A stretch of 63,938 nucleotides of DNA, the filler included, from Dugesia japonica (taxonomy: Eukaryota), in NCBI GenBank assembly GCA_001938525.1. It is 6 parts of 6 records of this genome, joined end to end, with 100 filler letters (N's around TTAATTAATTAA, not from the genome) between each part and the next. Parts side by side here need not be neighbours in the genome. Positions count along the whole stretch, not along the records: positions 12,381 to 21,180 come from MQRL01546850.1; positions 21,281 to 34,644 come from MQRL01574149.1; 4 more parts are not named here. One strand, given 5' to 3'. A model generated the notes under the pieces. The model was not told where the DNA came from and did not search any database. It saw only the letters and a program-made list of their open reading frames with translations. This document shows positions 12,381-24,800 of this stretch, one piece after another (within the stretch, counting starts at the first letter, position 1; every line of letters starts with the position of its first letter). The translations under genes and the position numbers were made by a program.

Positions 12381-14991
12381 TAATCATTAATTGCCAGATG
12401 ATGACGGTTATTCCGTCGAAATTGATTTCAGTAAATAAATATTTTATGAAATGGAATTCATTAATTTTTATAAAAAATTTGCCAATGTTTTTGAGTTTTT
12501 AAAAATATAAATATATATCCATTTTAAGGTTTAAAATTCAAAATATATTTTTTGTGGAATAAAGTTTCTTTAATAAAATATCATGTTATGAATAAAACCT
12601 TTTAATAATTAATATCTATAGAACATCTAAAAACTATCTAAAGAATATCTAAAAAGAAAAACGTCATCAAAGGTTAGATATTCAGCGCCAATTGGACAAA
12701 ACCATTATCATAGAGNNNNNNNNNNNNNNNNNNNNNNNNNNNNNNNNNNNNNNNNNNNNNNNNNNNNNNNNNNNNNNNNNNNNNNNNNNNNNNNNNNNNN
12801 NNNNNNNNNNNNNNNAAATGATAGTGATTCACAGCAATAGTATTTCAATCGAGCTGTTTTATCATTTGAATTGAATAATACCTAATAAGGTAAGGCTAAG
12901 AGTAGTTTCTTGTAAATCAGTTTTTCAGGTATAAAAAAATAACCGTAATTATTAATTTATTATTTTTTCTTAACAATCAAGTACAAATATAACTCGGATT
13001 GATTCGATAAATTTCTTAACAAGAAAACACAGATTTGAATTTTGCATGTCTAAGAAAATAAATATTAACATAAATTTTGTTGGGAAAATTCTAAGATGAA
13101 AATTTACTTTGCAAATAAAATTACAAAAAAAACACGTAATAATGAAATAACTTTTATAAATAATAATTTATTATTCATTATTAATCAAAATTTGTAATGA
13201 GATTTTGAAATGGTTGTAAATTCTATGCAATTAATATTTTTGAGAAATTCGGAAAGTCATTATAAAACACTTCATGCTATAATTGATGGAAAGTAACAAC
13301 TTTAAAGACAAATTATTACAGTTTTTTGTCTTTATTAATACTTATTTTTAAATAATTATTATTATTATTGTCATTACTATTATTATCATTATTATTGTGA
13401 AGCTTACATATCTAGGGTTAATCTGAACCTTTATTAAACAGAATTAAGAATGCATTAACAAAATTAATTATTCAAAAAATAATATAAATTTACAATAAAA
13501 AGTTTTAAATATAATTAGTCAAACAGAAATACAACTTTACAATTATCAAATTTACAAATTTGAATAAATAAATTATGATATACTTACGAAATACTTCTAT
13601 AAAAATATTGTTGATTAATTAATAAAATTACTAATCTTTGCTTTAAATCTTGTTTTTAAAATTTTGCCATAAATTAACACAACATTGCAATATTCAAATT
13701 ATTTTCAATATATAAAAAATTTTCAATACTCATACAATTTTTTATAAACAAACAATAAAAATTTTCTTTTCTCAAAATGTTTCCTTACAATTATTATTAT
13801 TATTATNNNNNNNNNNNNNNNNNNNNNNNNNNNNNNNNNNNNNNNNNNNNNNNNNNNNNNNNNNNNNNNNNNNNNNNNNNNNNNNNNNNNNNNNNNNNNN
13901 NNNNNNTATTATTATTTATTATTTGTAGTAGTATTATTATTATTTATTATTATTATTGTGAGGTATATATACCTCTGGAATAGAAAAATCTTCTTTAATT
14001 GTAAATATATATTCGTATTCAATATTTATTAGAAGCAGAGCATATATACTCGTCCATAGTAGATTCAGACATAATTTTTCAATATTTATTCCAAATAAAA
14101 ATTAACAAATCTTCTGTAAATTTCCATTAAAAATCAATCAATTATTAAATTTTGATTTCTAAGCTTAAATAAATAATATAAAGCCTAATAAAATAAATAT
14201 TCCAATAAAATTTGATAATTGAACATATTGGAAATTTTTCACAAAATAACTAATTTTAAATTAGACGCTTCTTAATTTCCAGTCGTTTCATAAAATTCTG
14301 AATAGGTTATCAATGTTTTATAAACTGTTTATTGAAATTGATTATTTTTTAAGAGTAATGAAATTTCTCTGCAAAAAGTAAATAATTTTCTAGAAATGAA
14401 TTACAATTTGGCAAACATTAAAGAGGTAAGCATTACTCGCTATTTAAATTAAAATGCTTACGTCTACTGAAAAATATTTTAGAATGTGAAGTTTTTTAAA
14501 TTAAACACAAGTTTTGAGAACGAATTGTTAAATAAATAATTAATTAATTAAATAATTTTTTTAGTATGTATGTTGAAATTTAACAAGATTGAATTATTTG
14601 AAAATTGTGAACAATCATAAATTATAAATAACTAAATTATTATAAACTAGATGTTAAATTTGGTTGACTTAAAAATAAATTTCTAAATAATGGTTATACA
14701 AATAGAATTGTATCTAAGTATTTATGCTCGAATACAAAATTGAATAAAATTAAACAAAAGACAAACACAATAATTAAATNNNNATTTATTAATGAGAAAT
14801 GTAGCCAAATCATGCAAAATATAATTAAAAAATCGAAACTAAAACACAATCCAAGAATGATATTTAAAATGCAAGCACATTTGGGTATCCAATTACAGAA
14901 ACCAAGATAGAATTTTTGTAGTCCCAAATGCATTTGTGATGGTAGAAATATATACAATAAAAATAATCACTCACAAAATAACATGCACCTT

Positions 14992-15560
14992 AGTAGGTAG
15001 ATACTAGCACTCATAGCCAGCATACATTCCAAGGTGTGAGCAAACCCCCCTCCATTAATGATGTAATGAAACTTAATCCCATTTAGTTGACAGTTTTTAA
15101 AAATGACATCATATTAGGTAATATTATGAAATGGGATTAAGTGGCATTGTATTTTCCTGTGGTTTTAGTTGGAAAAGTTTTTAGGCTTTTAAAGCGGTAA
15201 TATTTTTTAGGTTTCTTAAGCGGTAATTTGGTTTGATCTTTTACTGTGTATGTAGTTGGGAAACTTCTTTAGACTTTTTGGTTGGGAATTTATTCGGTGA
15301 GATCAAATGAGGTCAATTTTTGATTGGTTTTACGTGGTTTTTGTCCAAAGTTTCTTCGGTGAAGTCAAAGTTTGGTTGGTTCAGGTGAATTTGGTCAAAT
15401 ATTTCCTTGAGAAATGTCAATTTGGCTAATTTTTGGGTGATTCGGTCAATCATTTACTTACAAGGGTTAATTCTAGGTGAATTTGAGTGATAATTTCCCT
15501 GGGCTGGTCAATTTTGTGAAAAGTCGAATTTCTTTTAATTTTGAAGTTTTTTTCAATCCT
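14992..15560 (+). mobile_element. AGTAGGTAGATA-family terminus with G/T-rich subterminal tract
   Basis: AGTAGGTAGATACTAGCAC at 14992, then a C-run box, then a strongly G/T-skewed tract at 15150-15540. Confidence 0.5.
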
Positions 15561-18500
15561 TTATGGAATCCGAGTGAGCAGTTTATGTTGTTTATGTTGT
15601 CTATGTTGTTTAAAAATTTTTGAAAAATATTTTGGTCGAGATTTTTACATCAATCGATGCAGAATTCAATGGAGATTATTTTTTATAAATAACAATTTTT
15701 CGAAAAAATCATTGCTCATCATTTTACTATATAACCATGTGTATTTGATAGAGAAATTTTCACTGATTCTTAATATATATAAACCTAAATATAAACCTAA
15801 AATCGTCAAAGTTTATCCGAGATGAAATATTTAGGGTTTTGAGGTGAAAAATTGCAAATTTTGAATTTTGAGGCTTAATTTTCTGTGTACATAGCTCATA
15901 TGGTTTCAAATTTGGTATTATTTTACACAGGAGGAAAATGTGACTGTACAAAGTTAAAACATAATCTCGGTAGAAATGCTTCTTAAAGAAGATATACAGC
16001 TGTTCTTCTGAATTTGGTAATGTTTTCGAAAATTAAAAAGTATTTCAAAATTGGTCAAAGAGGTATCTAATAAATAGAGGATTTTTACTGATCAAGATAA
16101 ACATCACTTAAAATCGTTAAACTTAATTTTGACAGAAAAAATTTGAAAGAACATGGTAAAAAATCCCGAAGATGCTTAACCGACACAAATAAAAAATTAT
16201 TTTTTATAATTTTCATTCAAATTTAATAATTCAAGTACTATTAGATAGAGAATGTTTTACTGATCAAGGATATATACAGTAGAAATTTGTAAAATTAAAT
16301 TACTTTGAAAAAAGTTAAACGTTTTTAATTATCAATTATTAATTAAAAATAAAAGGTATCTCAAATTTATTTAATATAAAAGCTTTGATCAAAATTTTGG
16401 TTTTTTTATTGATATTGGATAACNATTCGATATTTCGACCTTGTCTTTGTCAGGAATTGACTTCTTTAATTTATTCAATATTTATGTTTAAAATAGTAAT
16501 CATTTTTGAATTTATTTATTTTTATTAAATTTTAATTGGTTAATTTTAATTCTTATTATATATTTAATTATTTAATTTAATTATTGTAAATTATATTTAT
16601 TTTAGGATTGCTTTCTTTGATTAGTATTTCTTCATGTTTTATATCTCAAATTTAATTATAAACCAGTCTATTTGATAGAAACTTTTATACTGATTACAAA
16701 TATAGTAACCTAAAATCACCAAACCTTATAGATAAAAGTTATATTGAAAAACAAGTACTTAATTTGGGATTCCCCGAGGAACATAAAATTAGGATGACAA
16801 TTTATTCGGTAAGGTCAAATTTTGGTGGTATTTTAAATTAATTTAGATGACAATTTTACTTTGCACTAGTTCTCATCAATATTCTGCACTCTGTACACAG
16901 GATTTCAATACTCAGTGTTCTGATCACTAGATTTCAGTTATCAGTGTTCTGCTTACTGTATACTGATATTTAGTTATCAATGGTGTTCTCACTCTTTAAA
17001 GGTCTTTTCTCATCACCAATGGTAAATTTACTGTTTAATTAGTATTTAATTTTTTAACCTGTTCTATATTTTTACTTGTAATTTTTTAATTAAATTAGAT
17101 TTCGTATATTTTTTTAATAAATTGTTCTATTTTTTATCGTTAAAATTTAATTAAAGTTTAATTTATAATATGAATTTTTTATTAAGATTGATTCATTGAA
17201 ATAATTTATAATCATTTATTGAAATATTTGATTGAATAAATTAAGTATGGTGAATCGATTAATTTTAAATGTGTAATTTGATTGAAATTAGGCTTTTGTT
17301 GGTAAATTGAATTATGTACTGAATATATTTTGCCATATTTGTTTTATATTTATGTATTAAGTTTCAAATGATAATAAGAACTCATTGTTTATTTTATTGA
17401 ATACATGCTTAATTCCATTACAATTTAAGTTCAATATAGATTTCAACATGAAAATAATAGTTTTATCTAGTGAAATATATGTATTCTTTTGAAAAAATTC
17501 TTCACTATTTGCTTTTATCTTTGTTTGCTTATTGGTTCCTTGCTTGCTCATTGGCAACCCTGTGTGCACCTTGGTTTTCATGGGTTTAATTTTTTTTAAA
17601 TACCAAATTATCAATAACTAAAATCAATCTTTTGGCTATAACTTATAATTATACGGTTTCGTTAATGACAACAGGAATTTCACTATTGGAAAATAATGGA
17701 CTTATCAAGGTTGAGAACCCCTGTGTTAACTTAAAGCGTGTTGAACGAAAGAAGCTTATGAACGCAAGATATTTGATCAAATAATTATTTAAGATAAATT
17801 AATAAAAGTTTTAGAGAAGATTGTGAAGTAATCAGCTTGTTTAAACTAATAAATTTTATGGATAATTTTGTAGACAATATCACATTAACTATTGGATCCA
17901 ATTTAATTATTATTATAAGATATTATTATAAATAAAACAAAGTTCCAGCCTCAGATCATTTAAAAATTTCTATTTATAAAAAAATTAACAAAATATATTT
18001 AAAAAAATTAACATTTTGAATAAAAATTTGCAGATATATTTTAACAATTCTTTTCTAGTTTCATTCGGATTTATCAATGATATTTAGTAATCTAACTAAT
18101 TATTTAATCCAGCCATAGAAAAAAGAAAATTTGCCGATTTCCTTTCCTAAATTTTTTGAATGAGATTTATTTTAAAGAGCTTTAAAAGAATGGGTAGCGG
18201 TGATAAAAAATACAGATTTTATTTCGTAGATTTTTAATAAATCTTGATTAGAAAGTTTTGATTTACAAATAGTCTGATTTTAAGAAAAGATTGTAAATAA
18301 TTAAATAATTTGAATTTCATAAATTGTATAATTGATCAAATGCTGATTGTGTGTTTGTATAAACAAATCAAAACGGTTTGTGCAGTTTTTGATTTGGTTT
18401 GACTTGTCTTATTATGCTGATACTTTTTAGTTTGTATTTTTTAAACCAAGGTGTGTGTTACTTAATGATGATGTATGTTTTATGGCATAGTATTCAGATT

Positions 18501-18721
18501 TGTAACTTTTCTCTTTTAGAAATAACAAATAAAGTCTGTTTAATGTATTATCTTAAGTCATATTCAAAGCATTAAAAACCTATCGGGGTTTATTATAACA
18601 TTGAGTTATAATAAAAATGGATGAAAGATAAACTGTATAAATATGGATTGAAAATTCTTCTCTAATAATGAATCATTTAACAACACACATAACTAATTAG
18701 AAATTCTCCACTTTTTTTCTA

Positions 18722-19698
18722 TGTAGCTTGAGAGAGTGAAGTTATTAATTATTTAATAAGCAACTAGGTACAGTTATAGTCAATAAACGTCGTGGACTTC
18801 GAAAATTTAAGTTAGAAAATTACAGCTAAATCAAGAAAGAAGTTACAAGGGTTTTAAGATTAGCCAATTGGATTCAAGCAGTTTTGGAATTCCAAAATAT
18901 GGACCAATGAAAAGAAATCAGGTGACAGGACTTGAATAATCCAGTCAATAAGAACACTAGAAAAATCTTATAATGCAAATTAGCCACTAGAAAGAATGGA
19001 GGCGTACCATAAAACTAGTATAAATACTGTTGCAATTTTCAGAAAAAATCAGTCAAATTAATTAACTGAATTATTAATAAAAAGTAATTAATTGAAGAAA
19101 AAATCTATTAACGAAAATTGAAGGACCCCTGGAATAATATTAAATCACCAAGTATACGAGGGAGTGTGTAATAGATAGAGAATATGTCGTGTAGATGTGT
19201 AATTGAATTAAAATTGAAATTCCGATAGCACTAGTGGGAAAATGGAGAAAAAAGATTCTGGTGTTGATGAGTAATCTGATATGGATAAATCAATTCAATC
19301 AGGTTGCCAAGGAAATTTCTAATCGCGGTTTGTTCTTGCTCCAGAATGATATTCAGTTCACTTTAGTTTCAATTAATTTGTGTAAATTATGAATTATATT
19401 ATTATTACTACTAATAATAATATAACTTTTATTAAATGAGTTTTTTGGCTTAATAGTAATGGATTTAATTATTTATACTTAAAAAATGTTAAATTAATTG
19501 CAATTTTCTAATAATATTGATTAATAGTTAGCATGGTTAATTAAAAGCTGTAGTAATGAATCTTTATAGTAATGTTTAATTAATATTTCATTAATTTTAA
19601 TTCATAGTTATCTATTTTAATTGTAAAATCAAGGCGTTGCGATAATAATAACAAGGAATTAATAAAATTACATATCCCTTTTGAAGTAATCAGTAACA
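18722..19698 (+). mobile_element. Probable solo LTR with periodic CCAAT boxes, TATA and Inr
   Basis: TG...CA ends. CCAAT-like boxes at 18864, 18904, 18945 and 18984 (about 40-nt period), TATAAATA at 19019, TCAGTC at 19049, AATAAA at 19661. No TSD found. Confidence 0.5.
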
Positions 19699-19701
19699 AC
19701 T

Positions 19702-20215
19702 TTAATTTTTAAAGACGATAATGATAACGATAAGAATAAGAATAATGGTAATGATTGTAATAATATAAATAGTGGTTATAATGATAGTGGTCATAATAAT
19801 AATAGCGTTAATAATGAAAACTATGGGAAATAATATTAATAACGAAGGAATAGATAATAATGATTGACGATATCTAACTAACACTAATAGGGTTAATGGT
19901 AATGATTATAGTAAAAGTATCGTATGGGTACGACTGAATACACTTATCCACGATAATAAAAAAGATAACCAGAATTGTAATAAATTTTGAACTGAAGGCT
20001 TGACTTTTTACTTAACACAGAATTTTAAACTATGGCATATAAGAAGACAAGTGGAGTGATGTCTACAACTGAATTTCGAATTAGAGGACTGGAGAGAATC
20101 GCAAATGTTGCCATAGTTATTTTCATACGATAAATCGTACAATGTAATTAGACATAGCTTGTAGTTTGTCCACTGGTAGTGATAGATTACGGCGCAGAAC
20201 ACAACTGTTGTACCA
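19702..20215 (-). pseudogene. Decayed hydrophobic (transmembrane) ORF related to ORF0 of the 45.8 kb unit
   Basis: KVKPSVQNLLQFWLSFLLSWI resembles TVKPSLWILLFRDIFSFVLSSL (47352-47642); Ile-rich C-terminus. Confidence 0.35.
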
Positions 20216-21166
20216 GTTAATATTAAGTGTTAATATTTTGCATTGATTGCAAGAAAGTTACAATTTTTTTTAAATTTCTTTACGTTTTTTACACAAATCA
20301 ACAGAAAATTGAAATTAAAAAATGTACAGTTTTCAAATATATATTAATGTGAAAACTCTAAAATGAAAAGGTGAAAAATAAAACGGTAAATTTGTTTAAA
20401 TAAAAGATTTTATTTATTTATGTTTTTGAATTGAATAAATTTTAATATGGATATTCTAATTTAAATGTTCAAACGCGAATAGCGTTTGTTAATACAATCG
20501 TTAACAGATTTTATTATAAAATTTCTGTTTCAAATCACATTGCCTTGGGAGCTGTAGCAAATTTATAAATAAATTATATTATTCACATAAATTAGAAAAG
20601 AATTATATTTTGCAAAATTCTTATATTTTCTGAAAATCATTTGCAAATTTTCCAAATTTCACCGAAAATGAAATGATTACGATTAAATCTTTAATTTTAT
20701 TTTAGAAAAATTGAATAATTCTATCAAATGTTAAAATTCTTTATTTTATCATTCAAAAATATAGATAATTTATTACATCATTATTTATCACATACCTTTA
20801 AAACAATTTAAGATTTTTTGTTAAATGACTGCTTGAATTTTTAATAGAATTTTATTTCAGTTAAAAATTAATTTGAAAATAATATTTTATTTTGGAACTA
20901 ATATAAAATTAAAATGAATCTATTGTGAAATACTCTTAAAATAATAGGAAATTTTAATCAAATAAATTAAGTCTGCTTGATATTTTCACTTCTATTTTTA
21001 CGGAAATTTGGATAATTTAATTATCGCAATTTTACGCATATCAAAATAGATTTCAAAAATTTCAAAGAAAATACAAATTCAGACATATTTTCCCGTGGAG
21101 AAATAATGGTTATTGAGTATAGTCAAAAGTGACGAGTATTATTATTCTATTTTGAAAAGAAACATT

Positions 21167-21280
21167 ATTATTATTATTATNNNNNNNNNNNNNNNNNNNN
21201 NNNNNNNNNNNNNNNNNNNNNNNNTTAATTAATTAANNNNNNNNNNNNNNNNNNNNNNNNNNNNNNNNNNNNNNNNNNNN

Positions 21281-21327
<47 letters not shown>

Positions 21328-21347
21328 TATAATAATATAATAATAAT
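21167..21347. repeat. (AAT)n microsatellites flanking a spacer
   Basis: Seen directly on both sides of the 21181-21280 spacer. Confidence 0.9.
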
Positions 21348-21669
21348 ACAGAATCGCATATGACAAATATTTCTCTTTTCATACAGTTTCCTACTATAAT
21401 TGTTTCTTTTTGCATAAAAAAACCATAAATACGGATATAGTCCAGCCCTCGTTTTCCCGTTTTACTCTTTCCTTCTCTGTTTTTCGTTACCTTCTCACAC
21501 TCTACTTTTATTTATTTTCTGTTATAAATTATCGCTCTTTTATTATTTGGGCTTTACCGTTCTAGCCCAACATACGTCTAAACAGGGCTGAAAGATTTAA
21601 AGTCGAAAATCATAACATCATTAAATTATAAAAATACAAATTAATAAATAAATTTAGTAAACGACCAAC

Positions 21670-21868
21670 CCATTTTTAATAAATGAAACATTGAATCGTG
21701 AGTTGAAAATTTGATCATCCTCAGTTACAATCATTATTAATGAATTTCTTTCCAATTCTATTATCACTGAAAATTTTTTATTGGAATTATAAAGACTTAA
21801 CAAAGGATTTTCAGAAGTCGCTACTGAACTCGTTTTTGCTAAATTGATGTACATAGAAATATGGATTC
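21670..21868 (-). CDS. LamG/mucin gene exon I
   Basis: After a 62-nt intron; GIHISMYINLAK...FIKNG; phase 2 end as in exons B and F. Confidence 0.72.
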
Positions 21869-24800
21869 CTAAAAATGTAAAAGAAAACAAAAGATATTAT
21901 TATTTTCTATTTGAATAATAAGAAAATAACCAGTAATTGTATTAATTTGAAAGGGAATAGGATTAAGATTATTGGTAGAGCCCGTTGTTTCCATTAAAAC
22001 AGACAGAATATTTTTATTTTCACATTTAATATAATCGAGTTGCAATTTGGGTTCATGGAATGCAACCGAATACTCAGATAAAAATCCGCTTTTTACTTGA
22101 ACAGGGACAATATTATTCTTGAAATTGTTGAGAAGACAATTTAAAATTGAACATTCATTTTTATCAGTTTCTACAGATAAAGCACTTATAAAAATATTTG
22201 TGATAAAACCCTGAAACTTTGTTAACTTTAATTAAAATGCAAAACCATTACCGAAAAATGAAAATTGTTTGGATCGGTGAGTAAATTCATTTGTGACAAC
22301 ATTAACCAATTAGAAATGGCTTCATTTGAAAACGTCTGTGTATAGTTGCAATTTACTGTTAGACTTATTTCCATCAGAGAAATCTTTATTGACAGTTTCG
22401 TCCACCTTAATAATAATGTTANNNNNNNNNNNNNNNNNNNNNNNNNNNNNNNNNNNNNNNNNNNNNNNNNNNNNNNNNNNNNNNNNNNNNNNNNNNNNNN
22501 NNNNNNNNNNNNNNNNNNNNNNNNNNNNNNNNNNNNNNNNNNNNNNNNNNNNNNNNNNNNNNNNNNNNNNNNNNNNNNNNNNNNNNNNNNNNNNNNNNNN
22601 NNNNNNNNNNNNNNNNNNNNNNNTATTATTATTATTATTATTATTTAAATTGAAAATAAATTTAATAAAGTGAAACATTTTCCTGTAGACATGTTATAAA
22701 ATATTTCTTTAAACAATTATGCTTTTCATTTTTCAATAATAATTGTTGGAAATAAAAAAAATTTATTTTCAAATTAATAATTAAAGCAAAATTTTACTTT
22801 GATACAGGAAGATTGATATTTGAAAATAGCATTTCTGTGGGAAAAGAAGAATGAATTGTTGATAAATGAATAATATTTCCTCGAATAATATGAATACTAA
22901 AGGTAGACTCGTCACTTAATCTCGATGATAGCGACAAAATAAAAACGTTATCTTTGTTAATAAAGTTCTCTGGAGTAATGAATAAATAGAATTCAAGTAT
23001 GAACCCTAAAAATATTAAAAGAAAAGAAAGTTTTATTTAATAATACCTTCAATTGACATAGATTGTTCAGTATCAATAATTATTTGTTCAGGTGATTGAT
23101 CAATTAATATTTCATTTCGGGATAGTATTAATAATGATTCCGATTCACATATAAATGAATTTGTAGTGAGATATTGCAGTTGGGAATCTGCCAAAAGAAA
23201 TGGAGCAATTTCAGCCTTTTTAAGTGGAATAATACCAATTTGACTCGATAAAGCAAAATTCGTTGTTTTAAGTTGTGTTGTTGTTTTTGTTGGTGTTGGT
23301 GATGTTGTCGATACCGAGAATGATGGTATCGGTGTTGTTATTTTTGTTGGTGATGTTGTCGATACCGAGAATGATTGTATTGGTGTTGTTGTTATTGCTG
23401 GTGTGAGTGTTGTTGTCGATACCGANNNNNNNNNNNNNNNNNNNNNNNNNNNNNNNNNNNNNNNNNNNNNNNNNNNNNNNNNNNNNNNNNNNNNNNNNNN
23501 NNNNNNNNNNNNNNNNNNNNNNNNNNNNNNNNNNNNNNNNNNNNNNNGTATTGGTGTTGTTGTTTGTGTTGGTGTTGGTGATGTTGTCGATACCGAGAAT
23601 GATTGTATTGGTGTTGTTGTTTTTGTTGGTGTTGGTGATGTTGGCGATACCGAGAATGATGGTATCGGTGACGATGTTAATAATTTCACAAGTGTCGTCT
23701 CAACCTTCGTAAAATTAATGAACAATTAATAAATTAGATATTTAATATTTATCAGTTTGTTTTTACAATAGCCAATAACACAATTTTATGAAAATACAAA
23801 ACTTTCAAATTTTTAATGAAGTTGAGATTTTTTTCATTTTAATTTAAATTATTTTTTTNNNNNNNNNNNNNNNNNNNNNNNNNNNNNNNNNNNNNNNNNN
23901 NNNNNATTTTACAATTACAATTATTTCTAAAATATAATTGAACTCAGTCTTAAATCACATTTTTTTAGATTTCAATATATGAAAAAGGGTAAATTAAAAG
24001 AATTTTTTTGTTAAAAATCCGAATATTCGACGATAGTTTACTCCAGCGATTTACTTTTAGACTTATTCAAGCTATTTAAGAAAAAGTAAGAAATTTAAAA
24101 TTTATTTTCCTAATTGGATCTCGATATTAAAAGGATTATTTTAGCTTTTGACGACATATAATTGTATGTATTTAATCACGAAATTAAAAACTACTAATGA
24201 AATTTATTCATTAAACAAATTAATGTAAATATAAAATATTTGAAAATTTATATATAAATGTATATTTAAGCCAGAGCCGTCCCTAGGGAATTTTGCGCCG
24301 TAGGCAGTAATCTATAAAGGTGTCCTAAGCACGCACCATCCCAAGAATTAAAATAATTAAAAAACTAATAAACGCAAAATTGAATTTTATCAATAGACTA
24401 TAATATCTAAGCTTTGTACATTACAATAATAATGTTTCAATTTTGATTTCTCATTTACAAACAAACCTATATTTACTAGGACCTTTATTTATCTGGCCAA
24501 CTGTCATATCTTTTGCTGTAGTTATACATCATTAAATTATTCAACAAGTGACTCAAAATTCTTTATGTAATTGGCAGTAAAGCATGAAGTTTTAAAATGT
24601 AACCCTTCTAGCTTTTGCTTCAGCGAATTAACGAACAACCGAGGTGAGAACAATNTCTGCAGCGATTTCTTTCTCGATGGAGAGGATGGACAGATTATCC
24701 AAACGATTCTGTATCACCACCGTGCGCAGATCATTTTTAATAATTTCCAGTTTTGAAAAACTGCATTCTTCTGATGCCTACAGTTACTGGGAGTGTTAGT

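Noticed and set aside
38-14130. Reassigned stop codons (TAA/TGA read as sense), suggested by in-frame stops in exon-like blocks at 38-210, 4869-4925 and ~13973-14114
   Set aside because: The nine LamG/mucin exons and the SET exon contain no in-frame stops over several hundred codons and use CAA/CAG for Gln and TGG for Trp; decay is the simpler explanation.
16880-17000. Cys-containing plus-strand ORF
   Set aside because: Explained by a degenerate ~27-nt minisatellite (GATTTCAGTTATCAGTGTTCTG); stops in all frames examined.
22322-22678. ORFs running through N gaps (also 5325, 12692, 13777, 21233, 28902)
   Set aside because: Length is inflated by N codons; the real exon here is 22252-22405 in another frame.
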